DNA of 20,671 nucleotides from a bacterium (lineage in GTDB: Bacteria; CALINM01), in NCBI GenBank assembly GCA_041640455.1, contig JBEQAF010000034.1:1-20671 (forward strand). The letters are read 5' to 3'. The notes below the pieces were generated by a model that had not been told where the DNA came from, made no database searches, and saw only the letters and a program-made list of their open reading frames with translations. This document shows positions 1 through 8,082 of this stretch, piece after piece; positions within the stretch are counted from its first letter, which is position 1, and each line of letters begins with the position of its first letter. The translations under genes and the position numbers were made by a program.

Positions 1-1344
1 GATCACCGCCTGGTTCGTTTCATTCTGGATTAAAGAGATTAATTGTGAGATTTGATTGGCGGATTGAGCCGATTGTTCCGCTAATTTTCGAACCTCATCA
101 GCTACCACAGCAAAACCGCGTCCATGATCCCCTGCTCTTGCTGCTTCTATTGCTGCGTTTAGAGCCAGAAGATTAGTCTGATCTGCAATATCCTTTATGA
201 CTCCTACAATTTCACCTATATGGGTAGATCTTTCTCCGAGAGATCTAATAAGCTCTGTGGATTCGTTTACAGTTTTTTCAATGGCTTTTACTTCTTCCAC
301 TGATTTTATAACAATATCCTGACCATTTTTTGCGGTCTTGGTTGTTTCACCTGCTGTATGAGCAATCTGGGAAGCATTTTTGGCTATGTCTATTACTGTC
401 TGAGACATCTCTGTAGCTGAAGTGGCAATCTGGGAAGCCCTGTTGGATTGTTCAAAAATACCTCTCGACATCTGCTCCGATGACACACTTAACTGTTGAC
501 TGGCCGACGCCAGAGTCTCTGAAGCAGATTTAAGATCCATAACAAGATTTCGCAAATTGCCTTTCATGTCTCTTATAGATTTTAGAAGTCTTCCTGCCTC
601 ATCCTGTGAAAACATTGCATTCTCTAAATCTCTATCGATTGTAAAATCTCCGTCTGCAAGCTTTTCATTAATTGATAGGCATTTGCTTATTGGTGTAGAT
701 ATGTTTTTACTGAGAATTATTACAAAGAAAATTACAAAAAGTATGGCAAAAACGAGAGAAGCAAAAACAATAACCAATGACCTTTGATATAGTTTTTTCC
801 CATCTTCAACCGCTGCCTCCATCTGTTTTTGCTGATATTTGATCAGCTTGTCAAGTGATTCAAGATATTTTATTTCAGCTTCTTTAACACCTCCAAGAAG
901 TAGATCTCTTGCCTCTTTTTTTCTGCCATCTAAAAGCAGTTTAAACTGATTTTCTCTTGCTGACACATAGGACTTACGATAGGTCATTATTTCAGATAGG
1001 ATTTTTTTACCTTCTTCTCGTTTTATAGCAGTTTCCATAAAATTGTTTATTTCATCTACTTCAGCGGTTAGTTTCTTTATATGAGAAATATAGTTTTCTA
1101 TCAGCTTCTGATCGTCAACAACAAGAATGTTTCTTAGCAACTCACTGATGTTAAGAACATATTCTTTCCACTCATGCAATTTATTTACTTTTACAACTCT
1201 ATCATTTACTATAAAATCGGTCTGATTCTGGATATTTTTTAAACTTTGAACCCCTAAGATAGAATTTATGACGATAGTAAGAAGAACAATAGCAAAGGCT
1301 ATAATAAGCTTTGTTCTAATGCTTAGGTCTCTAAACTTGTTCAC
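1..1344 (-). CDS. Methyl-accepting chemotaxis protein (TM - four-helix-bundle sensor - TM - HAMP - MCP signalling domain), C-terminus runs off the left edge
   Basis: Not in the ORF track; translated by hand. GTG start at 1344 after an AAGGGGG Shine-Dalgarno: [32 protein letters not shown]... Second TM is [22 protein letters not shown]. Hairpin-tip signature [38 protein letters not shown]. Frame is open to base 1. Confidence 0.96.
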   Translation of the reverse strand, partial: MNKFRDLSIRTKLIIAFAIVLLTIVINSILGVQSLKNIQNQTDFIVNDRVVKVNKLHEWKEYVLNISELLRNILVVDDQKLIENYISHIKKLTAEVDEINNFMETAIKREEGKKILSEIMTYRKSYVSARENQFKLLLDGRKKEARDLLLGGVKEAEIKYLESLDKLIKYQQKQMEAAVEDGKKLYQRSLVIVFASLVFAILFVIFFVIILSKNISTPISKCLSINEKLADGDFTIDRDLENAMFSQDEAGRLLKSIRDMKGNLRNLVMDLKSASETLASASQQLSVSSEQMSRGIFEQSNRASQIATSATEMSQTVIDIAKNASQIAHTAGETTKTAKNGQDIVIKSVEEVKAIEKTVNESTELIRSLGERSTHIGEIVGVIKDIADQTNLLALNAAIEAARAGDHGRGFAVVADEVRKLAEQSAQSANQISQLISLIQNETNQAVI

Positions 1345-1383
1345 GTGAATATCCCCCTTTTTTAAGAATTTTATATACCCATA

Positions 1384-1410
1384 TTATCGGATGATTTAGA
1401 TGAAACTTTA
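1384..1410 (-). promoter_or_regulatory. Sigma28 (FliA/SigD)-type promoter of the MCP gene
   Basis: Minus strand reads TAAAGTTT-N11-TCCGATAA versus the consensus TAAAGTTT-N11-GCCGATAA, about 40 nt upstream of a chemoreceptor start. Confidence 0.85.
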
Positions 1411-1469
1411 GATAATTTTGCTAAAAAAATACTTGATTAATGATGTTAGTAAGTAAGTTATTGTAAAAT

Positions 1470-1988
1470 TTATATAAAAATTACTCCTGCCTTTTTTAGC
1501 TCATAAATTGCCTCTTCTTCTGATTCGGGAGATAGACCTCTGGTAGCCTTTAGGATTATATAAGTCTTAAAACCTCTTTTTATGGCATCAAGTGCGGTTG
1601 CTTTTACGCAAAAATCCAGCGCAAGCCCTGTAATATGTAGCTCGTCCACATTTTGCTTTCTCAAAAAGTCTTCCAGATCAATATTTGTTGCCTCAAAAGC
1701 AGAGTAACCCGCATCTTCCAGTCCAGTACCTTTATATAATATTATATTGATTTTATCGGTTCTTAAATCAGGATGAAATTCTGCGCCAGGAGTATTTTCA
1801 ATGCAATGTTTCTGCCATCTTTCAAAATGTTTAGTTCCTTCCTTATGCCAGTCCTTAGAGGCGATAACAAGATCAAAATTATCCATAAGATTATTTATAA
1901 CAGGCACAATTTTATCACCATCTGGAACGGCTAATGCGCCCTGAGGACAGAAGTCTCTTTGCACATCTACTATAAGTAGCGCCTTCAT
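1470..1988 (-). CDS. pncA: Nicotinamidase/pyrazinamidase (isochorismatase fold)
   Basis: ALLIVDVQRDFCPQGALAVPDGD, DWH, W-x2-HC, YSAF and GLALDFCVKATALDA motifs. Start overlaps the pncB stop (ATGA). Confidence 0.95.
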   Translation of the reverse strand: MKALLIVDVQRDFCPQGALAVPDGDKIVPVINNLMDNFDLVIASKDWHKEGTKHFERWQKHCIENTPGAEFHPDLRTDKINIILYKGTGLEDAGYSAFEATNIDLEDFLRKQNVDELHITGLALDFCVKATALDAIKRGFKTYIILKATRGLSPESEEEAIYELKKAGVIFI

Positions 1989-3412
1989 AAGCCCTCCTTC
2001 TGCCAGTCTTTGGAAATATTTTTAATTATATCTTTGCGAAGCTCATAAAGTCCTTTGCTTATATAAACCTTAAACTTTTTTGAGACAGTTAATTTTTTCA
2101 TATCTTTCGGTAGCCTTTTAAGCCTTGACCGGGCATAGCTTGCAATCTCGTTCAGATCTGGATCTTCATATATTTTTCTGCCTTTTTCCATTACCTTTTT
2201 TAAAAGCTGTTCGCTCTCATATGATAAGGATAATCTTTGCTTTCTGTCATGGACGAGAGAAAATACCGTTGTGCACTTTTCCTCTTTTTCAAGATGGATG
2301 AGATCATATAGAAACTCGCCATTTCTAAAAAAACGTTTAATATTTTTATCTCCAGGAAGAAGTATCTTTTCCTTCTCTTCAGAGATTTTTAGCTTTGGTT
2401 TCCCACCGCAGGACACAAGCTTATAAACGCCATCAAGGGCGCCATCGCTATGACCTATTACCAGATTTGTGCCTACCCCAAAGATATCTATGGGGGCTTT
2501 TTTTCTGTTTAGCTCTGAAATCACATACTCATCAAGCTTGTTAGATGCAACTATTTTTACATATTTAAGACCTGCTTCATCAAGCATTTTTCTAACTTTT
2601 TTGCTAAGATAGGCCATATCTCCGCTATCAAGTCTAACGGCAATAAGTCTGGTACCTTGTGATTCCAGTTTTTTTGCAACTTTTATGGCATTAGGTATGC
2701 CACTTTTTAATGTATTATAGGTATCAACCAGAAGAATGCATCTATCGGGATATATAAGGGAGAACTTTTCAAAGGCTTCAAGCTCCGTTTCAAAGGACTG
2801 AACAAAGGAGTGAGCCATAGTCCCCGCTGGCTTTATATTAAACATTCTTGCCGAATAAACATTTGAGGTCTGGTATACACCGCCTATAAAGGCAGCTCTT
2901 GTGGCATATATGCCAGCAAGAGATTGAGCTCTTCTTAAACCAAAATCAATTATCAGTCTCTCTCCTGCAGCCATTTTTATTCTTGATGCTTTTGTGGCTA
3001 TAAGGGACTGGAAGTTTATTATATTAAGCAGTAAGGTTTCAATAAGCTGGGTTTCAAGAATATTTCCTGAAACCCTTATTACTGGCTCATTGGGAAATAC
3101 TACCTCACCTTCCCTGACAGAGAAGATATCTCCTTCAAATCTAAAGCCTCTTAGATAATCTAAAAAATCCTCCTTAAAACCCAGAGATCTTAAATATTCA
3201 ACATCCTGGTTATCAAATTTAAGCTCCTCAAGAGCCGATAAAAGGGTTTCAAGCCCGGCAAATAATACATATCCACCGTTAAAGGGAGATTTTCTAAAAA
3301 AATAGTCAAAACTTGCAGTTTCTCGGGCTCTTCCTGTTAAAAAATAAGCCTGAGCCATGGTAAGCTCATATAAATCGGTATACAGACCAAGATGTCCATC
3401 TAAGTATCTCAT
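1985..3412 (-). CDS. pncB: Nicotinate phosphoribosyltransferase
   Basis: LYTDLYELTMAQAY, DFGLRRAQ, GTMAHSFV (phospho-His), LLVDTY, VRLDSGD and FGVGT motifs. Confidence 0.96.
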   Translation of the reverse strand: MRYLDGHLGLYTDLYELTMAQAYFLTGRARETASFDYFFRKSPFNGGYVLFAGLETLLSALEELKFDNQDVEYLRSLGFKEDFLDYLRGFRFEGDIFSVREGEVVFPNEPVIRVSGNILETQLIETLLLNIINFQSLIATKASRIKMAAGERLIIDFGLRRAQSLAGIYATRAAFIGGVYQTSNVYSARMFNIKPAGTMAHSFVQSFETELEAFEKFSLIYPDRCILLVDTYNTLKSGIPNAIKVAKKLESQGTRLIAVRLDSGDMAYLSKKVRKMLDEAGLKYVKIVASNKLDEYVISELNRKKAPIDIFGVGTNLVIGHSDGALDGVYKLVSCGGKPKLKISEEKEKILLPGDKNIKRFFRNGEFLYDLIHLEKEEKCTTVFSLVHDRKQRLSLSYESEQLLKKVMEKGRKIYEDPDLNEIASYARSRLKRLPKDMKKLTVSKKFKVYISKGLYELRKDIIKNISKDWQKEGL

Positions 3413-3527
3413 AATAAAAAAATATCATAACTTTAGGCATTTTTAAAGGACTGACTGAAATGAGTTTTTACGAAAAATGTAAAGCAAAAAATGCTTCTAA
3501 ACCTCCCTATGAAATTTGGTGGCTTTC

Positions 3528-3556
3528 TTGATTTTATGTTCAACTGCCGATATAAT
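3528..3556 (+). promoter_or_regulatory. Sigma70-type promoter of the protoglobin gene
   Basis: TTGATT(3528-3533)-17 nt-TATAAT(3551-3556), followed by AGGAGG at 3575-3580 and ATG at 3587. Confidence 0.75.
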
Positions 3557-3586
3557 TTTAATATCATTAACAAAAGGAGGTTGACT

Positions 3587-4171
3587 ATGGCAGAGCACAT
3601 TATACCAGGTTATACCTATGGGAGCGCTGCTCCTGCGCCATTTACACTTAAAGAGCTTGACGACCTGAAAAAGTCTGTGCTTTTTAGCGAAGAAGACGAA
3701 AAGTACCTCAAACTTGCTGGCGAAGTGCTGAAGGATCAGATAGAGGATATTCTGGATCTATGGTATGGCTTTGTGGGCTCACATCCCCATCTGGTTTATT
3801 ATTTCTCTGGTCAGGATGGAAAACCTGATGCCAGCTATTTAGCTGCTGTTCGTAAACGTTTTGGTCAATGGATCTTGGATACCTGTAATCGCCCCTATGA
3901 CCAGGACTGGTTAAATTACCAGTTCGAGATAGGACTTAGACATCATCGAACAAAGAAGAACAAGACTGATAATGTGCAATCGGTGCCTAACGTTCCATTA
4001 CGCTATATGATAGCATTTATCTATCCTATCACAGCTACTATAAAACCCTTCCTGGCTAAAAAAGGTCACAGCCCTGAGGAAGTTGATAAAATGTACCAGG
4101 CATGGTTTAAGTCTGTTACGATGCAAGTGGCGTTGTGGAGCTACCCATATGCTAAAGAGGGGGATTTTTAA
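3587..4171 (+). CDS. Protoglobin (single-domain heme protein, 194 aa)
   Basis: IPGYTYG N-terminus, WYGFVGSHPHL, YLAAVRKRF, EIGLRHHRTKKN (proximal His region), AFIYPITAT and QVALWSYPY..GDF are characteristic of the Methanosarcina/Aeropyrum protoglobin family. Start moved from 3491 to the ATG following AGGAGG. Confidence 0.95.
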   Translation: MAEHIIPGYTYGSAAPAPFTLKELDDLKKSVLFSEEDEKYLKLAGEVLKDQIEDILDLWYGFVGSHPHLVYYFSGQDGKPDASYLAAVRKRFGQWILDTCNRPYDQDWLNYQFEIGLRHHRTKKNKTDNVQSVPNVPLRYMIAFIYPITATIKPFLAKKGHSPEEVDKMYQAWFKSVTMQVALWSYPYAKEGDF

Positions 4172-4200
4172 TATTGACAGTTAGCTTAGTGTTTAATGAG

Positions 4201-4257
4201 AAGGGCTCTCATCTTCTTCGGAAGCCTTAAAGGAAAACGGTAGAGAGCCCTTTTTTT
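4201..4257 (+). terminator. Intrinsic terminator after protoglobin with an unusually large structured loop
   Basis: AAGGGCTCTC (4201-4210) pairs perfectly with GAGAGCCCTT (4243-4252), running into a T7 tract (4251-4257). Confidence 0.7.
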
Positions 4258-4297
4258 CTGTTTAAATTTACAATTACATCCAAAAATCTATTACATT

Positions 4298-4326
4298 TTT
4301 AGAGAGCCTTCCTGGTTAAATATAAT
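4298..4326 (+). promoter_or_regulatory. Possible sigma70 promoter for tRNA-Pro/plsY
   Basis: TTTAGA-17 nt-TATAAT(4321-4326). A second candidate, TTGATT-17 nt-TAATCT, lies at 4388-4416. Confidence 0.4.
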
Positions 4327-4425
4327 CTTAAAGAGTGAGATTTTCATATCTGACATTTCGATATAGTAACCATACCACAAGTTTTTGTTGATTTTATTGA
4401 TTATCTGTTTTAATCTTTTATTATT

Positions 4426-4499
4426 CGGGACGTAGCGCAGCCTGGTAGCGCACTTGCTTCGGGAGCAAGGTGTCGCTGGTTCAAATCCAGTCGTCCCGA
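4426..4499 (+). tRNA. tRNA-Pro (anticodon CGG), 3' CCA not encoded
   Basis: Cloverleaf: acceptor CGGGACG/CGTCCCG, D arm GCGC-AGCCTGGTA-GCGC, anticodon arm CTTGC-TT CGG GA-GCAAG, T arm GCTGG-TTCAAAT-CCAGT, discriminator A followed by TTTTT. Confidence 0.97.
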
Positions 4500-4514
4500 T
4501 TTTTAAAAACAGAT

Positions 4515-5117
4515 ATGGACCTGATTATAGATATTGTTATAATTGCAGCATCCTACCTTATAGGTTCAATACCCACTGGCTACCTGATAGCTAAATATTT
4601 TTACAATATTGATATTAAAACGGTAGGGAGCGGAAATATTGGGGCAACCAATGTGCTGAGAACCTTAGGTAAAAAGATGGGGATTCTTACGCTTATTGGC
4701 GATGCCTTAAAGGGAGTTATACCTGTTACCTTTGCGCTTATTTACAAACCCTATCCGCTAAACCAGAATCTGGTATTTTTCTCAGCTCTGCTGGCTTTCC
4801 TTGGTCATATTTTTCCCTTTTATCTAAAATTTAAAGGTGGGAAGGGTGTGGCTACTGCCCTTGGGATATTTTTAGTGCTGTTTCCTCTTCAAACCCTTTA
4901 TGCTGCTATTATTTTTTTTCTTGTTGTTTTAAAAACAAGATATGTATCTCTTGGATCCATACTGGCGGCTCTTTCTATGCCTGTTTTTGTATCCTTTTCG
5001 GCTAAAGCAGCCTATCAGATAACACTTACCATTATTATGAGTGCCCTTATTATTTACAAACATAAAGACAACATATCAAGATTGATGGAAGGCAATGAAA
5101 ATAAGCTAAAACTTTAA
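4515..5117 (+). CDS. plsY: Glycerol-3-phosphate acyltransferase PlsY
   Basis: SYLIGSIPTG, GSGNIGATNVLR, GHIFP..LKFKGGKGVAT and HKDNISRL motifs. The ORF-track start (4470) lies inside the tRNA, so ATG 4515 is used. Confidence 0.95.
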   Translation: MDLIIDIVIIAASYLIGSIPTGYLIAKYFYNIDIKTVGSGNIGATNVLRTLGKKMGILTLIGDALKGVIPVTFALIYKPYPLNQNLVFFSALLAFLGHIFPFYLKFKGGKGVATALGIFLVLFPLQTLYAAIIFFLVVLKTRYVSLGSILAALSMPVFVSFSAKAAYQITLTIIMSALIIYKHKDNISRLMEGNENKLKL

Positions 5118-5581
5118 AGCTTTTTCAGTACTCTTTCTTTAAGTCCTACTCCCTTTTTTATTTTTTTGACATTCTTTTCTGGAAATTCTTCAAAATCATA
5201 ACAATCCTTTTCAGATCCCATAAGCCTTTGTATAAAATCTTCAGAAGTTATGGTGAAGGATCCAAGCCTTTCAACAGCCTTCCTTAGCTCTCTGTCAGAG
5301 CTCACTACAATAACTCCTCTACCCAGATGTCTTACCAGATCAACTATTTTTCTATCCGCAGAGATACCGGATGGAGAATAGATAATTTTTGTTCCTCCTG
5401 CCTTCTGTTCACGGTTATTACTTCCAGATCTGTTATTGTATCCGTCAAAAACTACAGTAAGTTTGCAGAATTTGGATTTTCTGTAACCTTCCAGAGTTTT
5501 AACAAGCTCATCTCTATCTTCTTCAAGGGCTGAATGATAATAGGTTTTTAAAAGATTATAGCCGTCAACTATTATGTACAT
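5114..5581 (-). CDS. YacP/Rae1-like NYN-domain (PIN-fold) ribonuclease
   Basis: IIVDGYNL, VVFDG, SADRKI and VVSSDREL acidic motifs, plus a basic C-terminal tail. Confidence 0.88.
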   Translation of the reverse strand: MYIIVDGYNLLKTYYHSALEEDRDELVKTLEGYRKSKFCKLTVVFDGYNNRSGSNNREQKAGGTKIIYSPSGISADRKIVDLVRHLGRGVIVVSSDRELRKAVERLGSFTITSEDFIQRLMGSEKDCYDFEEFPEKNVKKIKKGVGLKERVLKKL

Positions 5582-6147
5582 TATTTAAACTCAACCTGAG
5601 GAGTCTGTCTGTCTGCAGCACTTACCTCAAAATAAGGTCTGGGCTGAAAACCAAAAAATGAAGCCACCATGTTTGATGGGAACATTTTTATCTTCACATT
5701 GTAACTTTTTACTGCTTCGTTATATCTCATCCTTTCCACCGATATTCTATTTTCTGTCCCAGCAAGCTCATCCATAAGCCTTGTAAATGTGACATCAGCT
5801 TTAAGATTTGGATAGTTTTCTACTACCACCATAAGCCTTGATAATGCCTGAGAGATGTCGTTTGAAGCGCTGAAAAGCTCTGACGGGGTTCTTGCACCCA
5901 TCATTCTTGCCCGTGCTTCAAAAAGCTTCTCAAATATCTCCCGTTCGTGCCTGGCATAGCCCTTTACAGTGTTTACAAGATTTGGTATCAGATCTGCCCT
6001 TCTTTTTAGCTGATTCTCCACCTGTGCATATCTTGCATCGATCTCCTCGTTAAGTTTAACAAAACTGTTACGGGCTGAGATTAGGTATGCCCCTGAAACA
6101 AGGGCTATCATTAATATTATTCCCACAATTATCACAAAAACTCTCAT
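5581..6147 (-). CDS. lemA: LemA family membrane protein
   Basis: N-terminal TM, VENQLKRRADLIPNLVNTVKGYA, VVENYPNLKAD, DELAGTENRISVERMRYN and FPSNMVA motifs. Confidence 0.95.
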   Translation of the reverse strand: MRVFVIIVGIILMIALVSGAYLISARNSFVKLNEEIDARYAQVENQLKRRADLIPNLVNTVKGYARHEREIFEKLFEARARMMGARTPSELFSASNDISQALSRLMVVVENYPNLKADVTFTRLMDELAGTENRISVERMRYNEAVKSYNVKIKMFPSNMVASFFGFQPRPYFEVSAADRQTPQVEFK

Positions 6148-6167
6148 AGCACCTCCTGTTTTTTTAT

Positions 6168-6839
6168 TTACCAGCTTCTACTGGCTCCTCCACCTCCACT
6201 GGAGCCACCTCCGAACCCTCCAAACCCACCGCCTCCGAACCCTCCAAACCCCCCACCTCCCCCAATGTAGAGGTAACCTCTTCTGCGTCCTGCTATAATT
6301 CTAATAATTATTAACAAAATAATAAGAGCAATGATTGGAAATCCCGCAGCATCTTTCCGCTTTTTTTTTCTTTCAACCTTTTCGCCTTTTAGCACTTTTG
6401 AAATGGCTTTCAAAGTCTCATAGATACCTGTTCCATAATCATTTTTTCTAAAATAGGGGATCGCATAGTTATCCAGCAGTTCTCCCACAAGCCCATCAGG
6501 TAACACTCCTTCTATGCCATAGCCAGTATGAATTCTTACCTTTCTGTCCTCCAGAGAGACTATGAAAAGGATACCGTTGTCTTTACCCTTCTCTCCCGGC
6601 TTCCAGCTATCAAAAACAGCCTGTGAATAATTGAAGATATCAGCCCCTTCTGTATTTTTTACAGTTAACACAGCTATTTCAGCTATGCCATCTTCTTTAA
6701 GCTTCTGGGCTAAAAGACCAATCTCTCTTTCTTTTGCTGAATCAATTATATCTGCATAATCGCTAACATAGCCTTTAGGCTCAGGAATGGTAAAGGCGGC
6801 GAATATTAAGAAAAAAATTAAAAGTTTAGCTAATCTCAT
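6168..6839 (-). CDS. TPM-domain (YgcG-like) exported/membrane protein with Gly-rich tail
   Basis: Signal peptide, YVSDYADII, W-x-PGEKGKDNGILF, RIHTGYGIEGVLPD, a TM helix and a GGFGGGSSGGGGASRSW C-terminus. ATG 6839 is preferred over TTG 6842. Confidence 0.92.
   Translation of the reverse strand: MRLAKLLIFFLIFAAFTIPEPKGYVSDYADIIDSAKEREIGLLAQKLKEDGIAEIAVLTVKNTEGADIFNYSQAVFDSWKPGEKGKDNGILFIVSLEDRKVRIHTGYGIEGVLPDGLVGELLDNYAIPYFRKNDYGTGIYETLKAISKVLKGEKVERKKKRKDAAGFPIIALIILLIIIRIIAGRRRGYLYIGGGGGFGGFGGGGFGGFGGGSSGGGGASRSW
6208..6251. repeat. 20-nt direct repeat encoding the Gly/Phe-rich tail of the TPM protein
   Basis: CCTCCGAACCCTCCAAACCC at 6208-6227 and 6232-6251. Confidence 0.8.
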
Positions 6840-7551
6840 CAAACTCCTTTATAAAAAATTCAAGATTTTCAATATAATCCTCCATGAGTTTTTCAATAAT
6901 GTTTTTTGTAATCTTTTCTGTTTTAGCCCGCATGGTGTAAAGATTTTTAATCCCGCCAAAGCTTCTGCTGTATATATTTTCCAGACCGTCAATAATCTCA
7001 TCTCTTGTCTCAGGAATAGATAAATCCTTTATTCTAAAGATCTGCTTTAAAAGAACAATAGTTGAGGTGAGAGACTTAAAAAGATAGTCCTGATGTTTCA
7101 AAATCTCCTTTTCGGCAAATAGCATTTTTCTTAATCCTAAAACCTTTGCCCTGATCTCCATCTCACACTGCCTTCTTAAGTTTTCCTTTGAAATCTCAAT
7201 ATCTTTAAGCAGATCTTCTCCGAAAATAATCCTGTTTCTGTCACGCATTTCAATAAACTCTACAGGGAAAACATCAAGGGCAGACTGAAGCTCACTCTTT
7301 TTAAATATAAGAGGGATTGCGAAGGGTAGTTTTTTATATCGGCTGTATATCTGGCTGATTTTGACAATCAGATCGGGCTTTGCTGTATCGCTTATAATCA
7401 GAAAAGTGTTTATGTCCGAAACACCCGGATGAAAGTCTCTGTCTACCATAACACTGCCAAAGATATGAAATGACAGGATATTCTCTCCAAGTTCTGATCT
7501 AAGATCTGCTGTTAGCTTATCAATGGTCTCCTGAATCTTACTTAAATTCAT
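6826..7551 (-). CDS. Nucleotidyltransferase (Pol-beta/MNT-like) fold protein with C-terminal helical domain
   Basis: IFGS...DFHPGVSDINTFLI matches the hG[GS]-x9-13-D-h-[DE] pattern with Asn at the second acidic position. Downstream DVFPVEF and IIFGEDLL segments, then a helical C-terminal half. Confidence 0.75.
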   Translation of the reverse strand: MNLSKIQETIDKLTADLRSELGENILSFHIFGSVMVDRDFHPGVSDINTFLIISDTAKPDLIVKISQIYSRYKKLPFAIPLIFKKSELQSALDVFPVEFIEMRDRNRIIFGEDLLKDIEISKENLRRQCEMEIRAKVLGLRKMLFAEKEILKHQDYLFKSLTSTIVLLKQIFRIKDLSIPETRDEIIDGLENIYSRSFGGIKNLYTMRAKTEKITKNIIEKLMEDYIENLEFFIKEFDEIS

Positions 7552-8033
7552 TGACTCTCCTCCCTGACAAAATTGCCACTTTTACCGCCCGTTTTTTTAA
7601 GGAGCTTTATCTCGCCTATCTCTATACTTTTATCAATACCTTTACACATATCATAGATGGTCAGACAGGCAACCGATACGGAAACCATAGCCTCCATCTC
7701 CACCCCGGTTTTCTCATCGCAGGAAACACTGGAATAGACCTCAATTAAAGACTTTTCTTCATCAATTTTAAAATCTATATTAATGGAGTTTATAAAGATG
7801 GGGTGACAGAGCGGAATTAAATCAGGTGTTTTTTTGGCAGCCATAATACCTGCAATTCTTGCAACAGCAAGCGCATCTCCCTTTTTAACCCCTTCGGTTA
7901 GAAGGATTTTTAATGTTTCCTTCTTCATTTTTACAATCCCTTTAGCCACAGCCTCCCGATGGGTTATCTTTTTGCCAGATACATCTATCATTTTTGCTTT
8001 ACCTTTATCATCCAGATGAGTAAGTTTTCCCAT
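7548..8033 (-). CDS. moaC: Cyclic pyranopterin monophosphate synthase MoaC
   Basis: LTHLD..G.AKMIDVS, KGDALAVARIAGIMAAKKT, LIPLCHP, TGVEMEA, TIYDMCK and KTGGKSG motifs. Confidence 0.97.
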   Translation of the reverse strand: MGKLTHLDDKGKAKMIDVSGKKITHREAVAKGIVKMKKETLKILLTEGVKKGDALAVARIAGIMAAKKTPDLIPLCHPIFINSINIDFKIDEEKSLIEVYSSVSCDEKTGVEMEAMVSVSVACLTIYDMCKGIDKSIEIGEIKLLKKTGGKSGNFVREESQ

Positions 8034-8053
8034 AAACTCCTCCAGTAACTAAT

Positions 8054-8082
8054 AATATAATTACTATATGTCTTTTTTGCAA
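8054..8082 (-). promoter_or_regulatory. Sigma70-type promoter of the moaC operon
   Basis: Minus strand TTGCAA(8082-8077)-17 nt-TATATT(8059-8054), upstream of a GGAGG Shine-Dalgarno. Confidence 0.55.

Noticed and set aside
557..787. 76-aa plus-strand ORF
   Set aside because: Antisense shadow of the MCP gene.
3491..3586. 32-aa N-terminal extension of protoglobin in the ORF track
   Set aside because: Spans the predicted promoter; AGGAGG and the family N-terminus support ATG 3587.
4174..4197. TTGACA just after the protoglobin stop as an sRNA promoter
   Set aside because: No plausible -10 box at 16-18 nt spacing.
4426..4499. tRNA-Pro as an integration (att) site
   Set aside because: No duplicated tRNA 3' fragment and no integrase seen; a housekeeping gene follows directly.
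4470..4514. N-terminal extension of plsY
   Set aside because: Begins inside the tRNA-Pro gene.
6181..6262. GC-rich repeat as a CRISPR or mobile repeat
   Set aside because: Only two copies, fully explained by the Gly-rich tail typical of TPM proteins.
6361..6369. Homopolymer tracts as phase-variation sites (T9 here, A9 at 11997-12005, A8 at 12873-12880)
   Set aside because: All in frame, encoding Lys-rich segments, and expected in an AT-rich genome.
6826..7551. NTase as CCA-adding enzyme or cGAS/CD-NTase
   Set aside because: Lacks class II CCA-enzyme motifs (GGxVRD, RRDFT), has D-x-N rather than D-x-D, and no CBASS ancillary genes are adjacent.
5327..8019. Short ORFs at 5327, 6787, 7551 and 7834 opposite the moaC operon
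   Set aside because: Antisense to well-supported genes, with no recognisable motifs.
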